This document shows, in pieces, positions 37,503 through 45,878 of a stretch of DNA of 64,000 nucleotides. The position numbers and the translations under genes are program-made. The stretch comes from an uncultured bacterium (GTDB lineage Bacteria; Chlamydiota; Chlamydiia; Chlamydiales; 2-12-FULL-49-11). The notes under the pieces are model-generated. The model worked only from the letters and a program-made list of their open reading frames with translations, had not been told where the DNA came from and ran no database searches. Each line of letters begins with the position of its first letter. Position 1 is the stretch's first letter. The stretch spans positions 63,924 through 127,923 of the forward strand of contig CAYZDL010000001.1 in the NCBI GenBank assembly GCA_964477345.1, written 5' to 3'.

Positions 37503-37745
37503 CTATAAGGAAGAAAATCGATCAGTGGCTCTTATTAAAGCATCTAATATCCCAATTTCATTGGCTGCATGTCCTGCATCGGGCATAACTCCAAAATGTG
37601 CCTCCGGCCATGCCTTGTGCAGTTCCCATGCACTTTTCATAGGGCAAGGAATATCATATCGTCCCTGAATAATAACACCAGGAATGTGACGAATTTTTTC
37701 AATATGCTCTAGAATCCAATTAGAAGTTGCATTGCAAAAACTGAG
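37503..37745 (-). pseudogene. pip: proline iminopeptidase C-terminal remnant
   Basis: An 80-codon frame '...IPGVIIQGRYDIPCPMKSAWELHKAWPEAHFGVMPDAGHAANEIGILDALIRATDRF' corresponds to the Pip C-terminus, including the catalytic His. An in-frame TAG bounds it upstream, and the nucleophile region is missing. Confidence 0.6.
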
Positions 37746-37796
37746 CTACACAAACAAGAACTGACCATCAAACATAAAACAAACTTACGCATAATC

Positions 37797-38288
37797 CTAA
37801 AGCTCTCCCTTAAAAATTCTGCTCTTTATTCTCTTTATGATGTCTGTGGTGGAAATCCCCTCTGTATAGCGCACAATACGCAAGATCCCTAATTCATGCG
37901 GTACTTTATACTGATCCAAAATCAACTCTTCTGAAAAATCGTCCCCGTGGACGACAAGATCAATTTTATGCTCTTCAAGCCACTCTTTCGTGACTCTCAA
38001 AGGAGGATTGACGATCACTTCATCGACATACTTGCATGCTTCGATCACAGCAACCCTCTCCTCCATCGTCAAAATCGGAGTTCTTTTGTAGGAGGTGACC
38101 GTTTCATCAGATAAAACCCCAATGACTAAGCAATCACCCAAAGTCCTTGCCTGCTTAAAAAACTCTATATGCCCAAGATGAAAGAGATCTCCGCATATGT
38201 CAGCATAGACTCTTTTCTTATGCTCATCGGCAAAAGCAACATTGAAGGTTGAAACAACCCAAAAAGCGGCGAATAAAAAGCATCTCAT
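37797..38288 (-). CDS. cytidylyltransferase (eukaryote-type CCT/ECT or TagD-like) with hydrophobic N-terminus
   Basis: 'GDLFHLGH' (HxGH) and 'RYTEGISTTDIIKRI' (RTxGISTT). The N-terminus 'MRCFLFAAFWVVSTFNVAFA' is signal-like. Confidence 0.75.
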   Translation of the reverse strand: MRCFLFAAFWVVSTFNVAFADEHKKRVYADICGDLFHLGHIEFFKQARTLGDCLVIGVLSDETVTSYKRTPILTMEERVAVIEACKYVDEVIVNPPLRVTKEWLEEHKIDLVVHGDDFSEELILDQYKVPHELGILRIVRYTEGISTTDIIKRIKSRIFKGEL

Positions 38289-38361
38289 TGTGATCTCTAC
38301 TGTTTTGACAAGATAAGTATCCGACTATAATCACGTTGTCAAAAAAACACCACTTATAACT

Positions 38362-39456
38362 TTAAAAATCAGCACTAAAAGAGACGTAGGGCCCTTGGAG
38401 AGTAAAGTTGCTTAATGTTCTTTCAAAACCGACCGCATATTCCCCTGCCTGTGCCACAACTCCTGGAGCTAATGAGGGCAGCTCTTGTGGTGCCGTCATG
38501 TCGATTGATTGAATTGCGTCGAAATAGATTTGTCCTGTGTAACCAATTCCAAGTTTAAACGCAAAATTCTCTTTCACTCCAATATAGGTAAATCCCAATC
38601 TCTCTTCTGCTGTTGGAATCAGCTGTGTTCTATTGGGTACAGTGGTTTGCTGAGTATTAGGTTGAGGAATTTTATTTTGGGTTAAAAAAGGAGCGGTTGA
38701 TTCATAAGTAGTGCTGTTTTGTGAGCTCCCTATGACAAGACCTCCTGAGGAAGTCCCTGTGAAAAAAAAGTTTTTACCGATACGGTAGTTAAAGTTAACG
38801 CCAAATTTTGGCCCCGCGCCTATGAATAATGAATCCATCGTGATAGCACGTGTGGTTGTCCCAGAGAAACTCTCATAAGTTGATGTCAGCTCCTGCTTAA
38901 TCCGGGCGAAGGTTGCCCCAGTATAAAAAAGAGGATAGAGTCTCTCAAATACACAGCAGTGTTGTCCAAAGATTAAATCGGCCGAATCAAATTGAAAATT
39001 CAGCTCGCCATTAGCATTTGCATAAGGATAAGAATTAGCCCCAACATCTGAGAGTGGCCCTACGAGACTTCCAGAAACAGGGACAGTAAATGAAGCAGAA
39101 TCGGATACGTGCACACGCTCCCAGTTGGCCTCTAATCTCGTATTCATTTCACTAAAAATTGCCGCTAAGCCCACTTTAAATCCTGGACTATAGTTGGGAT
39201 TAATTTCCAAAACTTGCCAATTAGGAGATAGGGCCGGAATTGTTATCGATGTATCAAATGGGGTTGTTTCAGCACCATAGTAAATAGAGCTACCGTTCGG
39301 TTGATAAACCAAAATTTCAGCATAAACCTCAACAATTTGATCTCGAGTACTTGGTAGAAGTGAGATACACCCATCGTTCGGTTGCTTTCCAAGATCACTC
39401 TCTGCACTCAAACTAAAAATCATTGAAGAGATGCATAAAATCAGGCTTTTTTTCAT
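38362..39456 (-). CDS. outer-membrane porin-like protein (Legionella/chlamydial MOMP-like)
   Basis: Signal peptide, alternating aromatic and Gly-rich strands, and a C-terminal '...YVSFSADF'. Confidence 0.55.
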   Translation of the reverse strand: MKKSLILCISSMIFSLSAESDLGKQPNDGCISLLPSTRDQIVEVYAEILVYQPNGSSIYYGAETTPFDTSITIPALSPNWQVLEINPNYSPGFKVGLAAIFSEMNTRLEANWERVHVSDSASFTVPVSGSLVGPLSDVGANSYPYANANGELNFQFDSADLIFGQHCCVFERLYPLFYTGATFARIKQELTSTYESFSGTTTRAITMDSLFIGAGPKFGVNFNYRIGKNFFFTGTSSGGLVIGSSQNSTTYESTAPFLTQNKIPQPNTQQTTVPNRTQLIPTAEERLGFTYIGVKENFAFKLGIGYTGQIYFDAIQSIDMTAPQELPSLAPGVVAQAGEYAVGFERTLSNFTLQGPYVSFSADF

Positions 39457-40028
39457 ACTCTACCTACCTTATTCAAAAAAATATATACCTAAGCTTGACT
39501 TTATACTCAAGCAACATTCAAAATTTGGTTTTAAATAAAGGGGTTATTCTGCGCTTTTATTCTTGGATAAAGAAAGAAATTTTACATGTTGTTCCAGTCT
39601 TTCTCTTCTTCTTTTTCTTTTTTATACTGATTAACTGGATCGAATCTCTTCTTTTTAGAGAACTTGGTCTCTCTGCGTTCACTCTTGCACAAATAGCGAT
39701 TGCAGCAGCCCTTATTGCTAAGATTGTCTTAGTCGCTGATCACCTCTCTTTCATCGGAATATTTAGAAACAAACCCCTCATCTGGGGAATTACTTGGAAA
39801 ACAATTATCTATTGGATAGCTTTATCTATCGTCCGCTTATTGATCATATTTACTCCTTACCTATTTCAAGAAGGACTCCAAGCATTTAGAACAGACCAGA
39901 TCAACTGGAACTTGTTTATTGCCGTGCAAATTTACTATTTAATGCTTTTATTCATATTTGTAACTTTCCAGCAACTAGCCGAAAAAATTGGATCAAGAAA
40001 AATGAGGCAAATGTTTCTAGGTTATTAG
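39423..40028 (+). CDS. hypothetical integral membrane protein (start uncertain, probably near 39540)
   Basis: Four or five hydrophobic helices from 'VVPVFLFFFFFFILINW' onward. The 5' part of the listed ORF overlaps the porin gene start. Confidence 0.35.
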   Translation: MKRCIKSGFFSYSTYLIQKNIYLSLTLYSSNIQNLVLNKGVILRFYSWIKKEILHVVPVFLFFFFFFILINWIESLLFRELGLSAFTLAQIAIAAALIAKIVLVADHLSFIGIFRNKPLIWGITWKTIIYWIALSIVRLLIIFTPYLFQEGLQAFRTDQINWNLFIAVQIYYLMLLFIFVTFQQLAEKIGSRKMRQMFLGY

Positions 40029-40356
40029 AGCTTTCGAAGAGGATCGCCCTCTTTCCAAGCGATGATTTTAACTGAAACATTTGGGAGTTGGCTTGCATGC
40101 CCTATATTTTTGTCTGGAGTAGCAGAGTTAGGAATTACAGAAGATCCGATAAGCTTTGATTTTTGAATGCCCGCTCGAACATTATTATATGCAATTTGAT
40201 AATTAGAAAATTATGAAAAAGCAGGAACTCGTCGATTTAGGTTATTTTGGAAAATTTGATGAAAAGGAGAAACGAACCAGTCGATCATGCGACAGGGAAA
40301 TTTGATTGAATTAAGCTATTGTATTTATTGATTTTCTTGACTTGGAGAACAAGACA

Positions 40357-40393
40357 CCACTTTTAACAAAGCGCTGAGGCCTGTTAAAAGTGG
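40357..40393 (-). terminator. 12-bp hairpin downstream of csp
   Basis: CCACTTTTAACA / TGTTAAAAGTGG with a 13-nt loop, 6 nt after the csp stop. The U-tract is weak. Confidence 0.4.
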
Positions 40394-40399
40394 AAAGAA

Positions 40400-40597
40400 T
40401 TAGACTGTTGTCACTTCTGTAGCTTCTGGACCTTTGCGGCCTTTTCCTTCTACATACTGGACTCTGCACCCTTCGCGCAAATCATCGGGTTCGCATTCGA
40501 CATTGTTAACATGAACAAAGATATCTTTGCCGCCTCCCTCTGGTGTAATAAATCCAAACCCTTTTTGTTTATTGAAAAACTTTACTGTACCTTTCAT
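40400..40597 (-). CDS. cold-shock protein (CspA family)
   Basis: 'MKGTVKFFNKQKGFGFITP' (RNP1) and 'DIFVHVN' (RNP2). Confidence 0.9.
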   Translation of the reverse strand: MKGTVKFFNKQKGFGFITPEGGGKDIFVHVNNVECEPDDLREGCRVQYVEGKGRKGPEATEVTTV

Positions 40598-40763
40598 TTT
40601 GGACAAAACTATCTCCTTATCCACTTTAACATTCTCCCAAATTTAGGGAGCTCTCATTCTAGTCAATTTTGCGCACTACATGTGGGCTCTAGACAGGGCA
40701 ATTTTACTTCATCGCCGACTTTTTGTCTTCAATTTTTTATAAAAATTGCTTAAAATATGGTGT

Positions 40764-40925
40764 ATGAGTACTTTTCTGGCCTTTGTGATCTTTATTTTTG
40801 GACCATCTTGTGGAGGTAAATCTTCCCTCTCCAAGGCCCTGGTCAAAGAACTTGGCCCTGCATGGGTCTACCTTGATCAAGATGAATTAGTCGAAAGTAG
40901 AAGAGACCTTTTCAGAAGTTTTTGA
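40764..40925 (+). pseudogene. truncated P-loop kinase remnant (chloramphenicol-phosphotransferase-like)
   Basis: The 53-codon ORF 'MSTFLAFVIFIFGPSCGGKSSLSKALVKELGPAWVYLDQDE' contains a Walker A motif and then stops. A C-terminal-like fragment follows in another frame up to about 41005. Confidence 0.4.
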
Positions 40926-41005
40926 GTCACCCAGAAGGTTAGGGTTTAACTACGATGCTATTCTCGACTCGTCACAATTGACTCTCTCCGAAGAAATCAA
41001 TGAGG

Positions 41006-41548
41006 TTATTTCCCTGCTCTTACCTTTTCAACTAGTGCTTGCACCAATTCAGCGACCTTCTCCCTAGTTTTGGAATCGATCAGTTTTCCACTCTTATCGA
41101 ATTTTTCGTGGATGGAACCAACCATGACTTCAGGTTTATTAAGAGTATGAATATTTAGGTAAACAAAGACCTGTCTTAAATGATACTGAGCTCTGCAAGT
41201 CCCCTGCATCCCCATAGAACCACCCATGATTCCTGCTATTTTGCCGTCCCAAACATTTTTCCCATACGGCCGTGAAGCCCAATCAATCGCGTTCTTCAAA
41301 ACCCCTGAGAACGAATAATTGTATTCAGGAACCGCGAAAAGAATCGCATCAGCCTCTATGATTTCGGCCTTGAAGTCTGCCACAGCGGGAGGAAGGGGCT
41401 CTTCATAATCCTGATCAAAGAGCGGGAGATGGCTGATATCAAGGATCTCAACCGTCACACCTGAAGGGGCCTCCTCTTGAGCTACCTTCAATAAAGCCCT
41501 ATTAAACGATTGTTTTCGTAGGCTACCACACATCGCTGCAATCTTCAT
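41006..41548 (-). CDS. NADPH-dependent FMN reductase
   Basis: 'MKIAAMCGSLRKQSFNRAL' and 'PEYNYSFSGVLKNAIDWASRP'. Confidence 0.8.
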   Translation of the reverse strand: MKIAAMCGSLRKQSFNRALLKVAQEEAPSGVTVEILDISHLPLFDQDYEEPLPPAVADFKAEIIEADAILFAVPEYNYSFSGVLKNAIDWASRPYGKNVWDGKIAGIMGGSMGMQGTCRAQYHLRQVFVYLNIHTLNKPEVMVGSIHEKFDKSGKLIDSKTREKVAELVQALVEKVRAGK

Positions 41549-41577
41549 AAAAACTCCCTCTATTTGATTAGACAATA

Positions 41578-42582
41578 TCAAACTCTCTGACAAGGTGCAA
41601 CTAAAACCCCAGGATGATCGGAGAGACCATTTAACTCTATATAAGAAACAGCAAAAGCGTCAACTTTTCCTGATCCACTGAGAATGTAGTCACTAAGCTC
41701 CCCCAGCCTACTTTCACCCTCTCTCTTATCTCCAATCCAGGTAAAATTATGCCTCACTAAAAAATCGCTCTTACGATAATCAATATTTAGATCCCCAGCC
41801 AGCATCACTTTTTTCTCGTTCGAGACTTGATCCATCGCCCCCCTAATTTCGGTAAGTTGGGCCTCTCTCATTTGATCGTCTTTGTCACCACCTCCTGGAT
41901 GAAGATGGGTATAAAATAGAACCATTTCGCCAAGGTCCATTGTCACAAAGCCCCTCTTCATAAACTTTTGACTCCCATCAGCTCGAACTGAGTACTCAGT
42001 AAAATCGATTTGATCACAAGGGAGGCGACTTGCAATAAACAAGCTTGCCCCCATTCCAAAAGGCTTCATCCCTATCTTAGTATAAAAATGAGTATAATAA
42101 TTTTTAAGCCGTTTCTCGATTTTTCCTGCCGCTAGATCACCAACTTCACCTAACATGACAATATCGGCATCTTGCTGCAAAATCCACCCTACCAATTCAG
42201 GAATACGGAAAGAAGCAGGTGACATTCCCCCAAAATGGATGGGTAAAGAACCAGGGAACATACAAGTATTAAGATGGAGAATTTTTGGTTTATTGTTGAC
42301 TCTTTCACTTTGAAGACCTGATGAAGATTGGATATCTGAGGCCCCAAGATACATCCCCAATTCCATTAATCCATGACCTAAAACAGCGACAGGAAGAGAC
42401 ACTAAAATAAGAACCCCTCCATATATATGGGTGATCACCCTTCGAAACACTTCGCATACTTTGAGTTCACACTGTCCATATTCGCTAGGATCTAAGGGAA
42501 CCCAGCACCGAACGATCTCTCCTTCAAAATACCAGAACGGTGCAGTTAAAGTAATCCCTATATTGACAACAGAATCTTCCAT
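41578..42582 (-). CDS. endonuclease/exonuclease/phosphatase (EEP) family protein with hydrophobic N-terminal segment
   Basis: 'ILHLNTCMF', 'ADIVMLGEV', 'LAGDLNIDY' and 'GLSDHPGV' are the EEP catalytic motifs in canonical order. The N-terminus has 'GGVLILVSLPVAVLGHGLMELGMYLG'. Confidence 0.7.
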   Translation of the reverse strand: MEDSVVNIGITLTAPFWYFEGEIVRCWVPLDPSEYGQCELKVCEVFRRVITHIYGGVLILVSLPVAVLGHGLMELGMYLGASDIQSSSGLQSERVNNKPKILHLNTCMFPGSLPIHFGGMSPASFRIPELVGWILQQDADIVMLGEVGDLAAGKIEKRLKNYYTHFYTKIGMKPFGMGASLFIASRLPCDQIDFTEYSVRADGSQKFMKRGFVTMDLGEMVLFYTHLHPGGGDKDDQMREAQLTEIRGAMDQVSNEKKVMLAGDLNIDYRKSDFLVRHNFTWIGDKREGESRLGELSDYILSGSGKVDAFAVSYIELNGLSDHPGVLVAPCQRV

Positions 42583-42610
42583 AATTGGTAAATATTTTAT
42601 GAGAAAATCG

Positions 42611-42649
42611 TATTAAAAGAAAAGGGGCAAACCTCGGCAGGTTGCCCCT
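42611..42649 (-). terminator. rho-independent terminator
   Basis: AGGGGCAA / TTGCCCCT stem with an 11-nt loop, followed on the minus strand by TTTCTTTT. Confidence 0.55.
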
Positions 42650-42666
42650 CGTTGAAACATCAAACA

Positions 42667-42807
42667 TTACTTCTTTTTTGGGGCAGAAGCTTTGTTTTTT
42701 TGAGGTTGTGCTGCAGGTGCAGAAGCAGCCTGTCTTTTCGTTGAAGTTCCGCAGCAAGAATCTGCTTTTGAACTCCCTTTTTTATTGTCTTTCTTTTTCA
42801 TACTCAT
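42667..42807 (-). CDS. small lysine-rich basic protein (46 aa)
   Basis: 'MSMKKKDNKKGSSKADSCCGTSTKRQAASAPAAQPQKNKASAPKKK'. It is not in the ORF track (under 60 aa). A terminator hairpin lies 18 nt downstream. There is no clear SD. Confidence 0.4.
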   Translation of the reverse strand: MSMKKKDNKKGSSKADSCCGTSTKRQAASAPAAQPQKNKASAPKKK

Positions 42808-42954
42808 ATGTTTCATTCAACCCACTTTAGGTTATTTCGCAGCGATTTCCCAAGCTACGGCTTAGTCTAAAATCACTAGCTGCCCATTAGTCTTGGGGTT
42901 TTCCCATTTTTTGCTCAAGGGAATTCGATCAAAAAATGTAAAATTTTTTAAGTC

Positions 42955-43587
42955 CTACGATACAGGATACATATCAGTTGGATCGAAAGCTGGAAAATTA
43001 AAACAGAGCACCCTTACTGGGTCGGAATTCGCCGACATTAAATGATGGACTGAACCCTTGGGAATTCGAATTGACTCCCCTACTTCCAAGATTTTTTTTC
43101 GATTATTCAGTTCAACACTGAGCACTCCATTAACTACGATGAATTGCTCGCTTTCGATCTTGTGTACATGATTTGGAGAATCGTTGATTTCAATGATGGC
43201 AAGGCTCCACAAACCGTCGGTTTCATCCCCTGTGATCGTTTCATAAACCGCATACTCTCCCTTATCGTACCTCATCCCGAAATCTTGGTCTTCATCCAAA
43301 GGTATAAATTCATTTTGAAGTTCAGGAAAATCGATGATAAAAAATTTCACCTCTCCATCTGGGATAAAAGAATAATCGACCCTCGGCTCAAGAAGTACCA
43401 TCTCCCCCGCTGAAATCATCTCTTCGTCGTCATCTTCATCGACAAGGGTGAGATCCCCATCAACAACTATAATTAATCGCCTCTCACTATCGTGATTGTA
43501 ACGAGAAACATCTTCTTCAAGTTCAACTAAATCTAGGCTCCAACCTAAACTAGGATCAAGGGGCACAACGGAAAATGGGATCATCAA
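42955..43587 (-). CDS. acidic cupin-domain protein
   Basis: 'GESIRIPKGSVHHLMS' and 'GEMVLLEPRVDYSF' are cupin-like strand motifs. The protein is very acidic. Confidence 0.45.
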   Translation of the reverse strand: MMIPFSVVPLDPSLGWSLDLVELEEDVSRYNHDSERRLIIVVDGDLTLVDEDDDEEMISAGEMVLLEPRVDYSFIPDGEVKFFIIDFPELQNEFIPLDEDQDFGMRYDKGEYAVYETITGDETDGLWSLAIIEINDSPNHVHKIESEQFIVVNGVLSVELNNRKKILEVGESIRIPKGSVHHLMSANSDPVRVLCFNFPAFDPTDMYPVS

Positions 43588-43710
43588 ACACCTCTAAAAA
43601 CAAAACGGAGATAACATCCTAGCCTTTTATCTCATTCTTCTCTAGCACGAAGAGTTTTTTTTTATTCGAACTTGAGGTAACCTAGATATTTTATTTACCC
43701 TTGGCCCAAA

Positions 43711-45015
43711 ATGACCCTATCTGAATTTTTTAAATACATCGAGCTCGATCTCTTTACTTTCAGTCACTTGCTTCAAATTTCAGGAGCTTGCATTGGATTT
43801 GCCCTAGCTTATCTGATTAGCCACCTAATGCACAAAACGGCTACTAAAAAGGTTCTCCTTAAGCTCAAATCCCCCCGAACTAACATTTTAGTCGATCAGA
43901 TCTCCCTTCCCTTTTGTTGGTGCATATTCCAATGGACGGTTGTTGCTACCTGTCGAGAATTCGCCCTCAATGATAAGATCAGCACCACTATCGCCCAATT
44001 TATCACCGCATGGCTTGCTATTCGAACACTGACAACTTTCAAGACTTTTTCTCATTCGAATCGATTTCTCTCTATAGTCATTTATTTATTCACCACCCTC
44101 AATGCCCTGGGGTTACTCACCCAATTAATCGAAATTACAGAAAGCTTCTCTCTCAACGCAGGAGGCATTCACATCTCGCTGTTCTCTCTCATGAAAGCTG
44201 GTTTTTTGTTCTTTATCCTGATCTGGGGAACGCAAAAAGCCTCTCATTGGGTTGAGATCAAGCTCAAAAAATCATCGAGCGTTGAACCGATCTTGCAAGA
44301 GTTATTAAATAAGCTGATCCGTGTCTCCTTTATTGCATTCTCGATTTTGATCGGTCTTAGTAGCACTGGTCTCGATCTGTCAGCCTTTGCTGTATTTGGA
44401 GGAGCAATCGGTGTCGGTATCGGATTTGGTTTACAAAAAGTAATTTCGAACTTGATCTGTGGAATCATTCTCCTTGTCGACCGATCGATTAAACCAGGAG
44501 ATGTGATTGCACTTGATAACGGAAAGTCTTACGGAGTGATCAATAAACTTGGAGCAAGATGTGTTTCGGTACGCACAAGATCGGGAAAAGAGCACCTGAT
44601 TCCCAATGAAGAATTCATTATCAACAAGACCGAAAACTGGACCTTTACCGACAGCTTAATTAGAATCGACGTCCCCATTCAAGCGTCCCACACCGCAGAT
44701 CCGCGACTTGTCTTGCAACTTCTCCTTGAAGCCTCTGAAGGAGTCGATCGTGTACTCAGAGATCCACTACCTGCTCCGAGGCTCCGAGGTCTTGGAGAAG
44801 TTGGATTAGAATTCGAAATTCGTGTCTGGATCAACGATCCTCAACTCGGGTTGAGCAAAATTGAAAATGACCTCTACATCAACATCTTGAAAAAATTTAG
44901 AGAGCACAACATCGAAATCCCCTTTCCCACGAGAGATCTTCGAATTACACACCTTTCAGAAAATCTCCGATCTTCATTTTTCGATTATGTCACTTCTTCG
45001 CCGGAAAAGGACTAA
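43711..45015 (+). CDS. mechanosensitive ion channel (MscS family)
   Basis: TM-rich N-terminus, then 'LVDRSIKPGDVIAL..GVINKLGARCVSVRTRSGKEHLIPNEEF', which is the MscS beta-domain signature. Confidence 0.85.
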   Translation: MTLSEFFKYIELDLFTFSHLLQISGACIGFALAYLISHLMHKTATKKVLLKLKSPRTNILVDQISLPFCWCIFQWTVVATCREFALNDKISTTIAQFITAWLAIRTLTTFKTFSHSNRFLSIVIYLFTTLNALGLLTQLIEITESFSLNAGGIHISLFSLMKAGFLFFILIWGTQKASHWVEIKLKKSSSVEPILQELLNKLIRVSFIAFSILIGLSSTGLDLSAFAVFGGAIGVGIGFGLQKVISNLICGIILLVDRSIKPGDVIALDNGKSYGVINKLGARCVSVRTRSGKEHLIPNEEFIINKTENWTFTDSLIRIDVPIQASHTADPRLVLQLLLEASEGVDRVLRDPLPAPRLRGLGEVGLEFEIRVWINDPQLGLSKIENDLYINILKKFREHNIEIPFPTRDLRITHLSENLRSSFFDYVTSSPEKD

Positions 45016-45787
45016 CCACTGGCTGTCCTTCTCGATAAATCGTGATGCCAGCCTGAGCCTGAGGAAAAACGACAATCTCCGCTATATTGACATGCTGCGG
45101 CCTTGTTACACAAAATAGGATTGTATCGGCAATATCATCCGCGACAAGGGGCTCGAAACCTTGATAAACTTGTTTTGCTCTATCGGCATCATTGAAACGA
45201 ATGTTGCTAAACTCAGTCTCTACTGCACCAGGATCAATATTGCTTACTCTAATCTTTGTCCCCAATAAATCTTGCCGAAGAGACTTGCTGATCGCTCTCA
45301 CCGCATGTTTTGTCGCAGAATAGACATTCCCACCCACATAACACTCGTGACCCGCAATCGAACCAAGATTTACGATATGACCCCGGTTTCTAGCGACCAT
45401 CGAAGGCAAAATAGCCCTTGTCATGTATAAAAGACCTTTGACATTCGTATCGATCATCGTATCCCAATTTTCACATAAGCCGTCTTGAATTTTATCACTA
45501 GTAAGGGCTAGCCCAGCATTATTGACCAAAAAATCGATCTCGATAGGAATTTCTTTAACCACTTGGTCGACTTGAAGAGATTCCTTGACATCAAGTTGTA
45601 GAGGAAACGCCTTCACCTTATATTTTTGTCTAAGCCCCTCTGCAAATGCCTCTAACCGGTCGAGTCGCCTAGCTGTAATTACCACATGAGCTCCTCGCCT
45701 GGCGAACTGCTCAGCTACTGCCTTCCCAATACCACTTGAAGCCCCCGTGATTAATGCGGTTTGCCCCTTAATAGACTCTTCATTCAT
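44990..45787 (-). CDS. short-chain dehydrogenase/reductase (YdfG-like)
   Basis: 'TGASSGIGKA', 'NNAG' and 'YSATKHAV'. Confidence 0.85.
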   Translation of the reverse strand: MNEESIKGQTALITGASSGIGKAVAEQFARRGAHVVITARRLDRLEAFAEGLRQKYKVKAFPLQLDVKESLQVDQVVKEIPIEIDFLVNNAGLALTSDKIQDGLCENWDTMIDTNVKGLLYMTRAILPSMVARNRGHIVNLGSIAGHECYVGGNVYSATKHAVRAISKSLRQDLLGTKIRVSNIDPGAVETEFSNIRFNDADRAKQVYQGFEPLVADDIADTILFCVTRPQHVNIAEIVVFPQAQAGITIYREGQPVVSPFPAKK

Positions 45788-45878
45788 ACCTTCTCCTTTT
45801 CAATAGAATAATTTCATATCAATAAACCACGAAATATGCAAGACTGGTTATCTCACATAAATTGACAAAAGAAGTTAC

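Noticed and set aside
40029-40200. Minus-strand frame '...IAYNNVRAGIQKSKLIGSSVIPNSATPDKNIGHASQLPNVSVKIIAWKEGDPLRKL*' as a gene remnant
   Set aside because: It reads like the C-terminal end of a protein, but I cannot tie it to a family.
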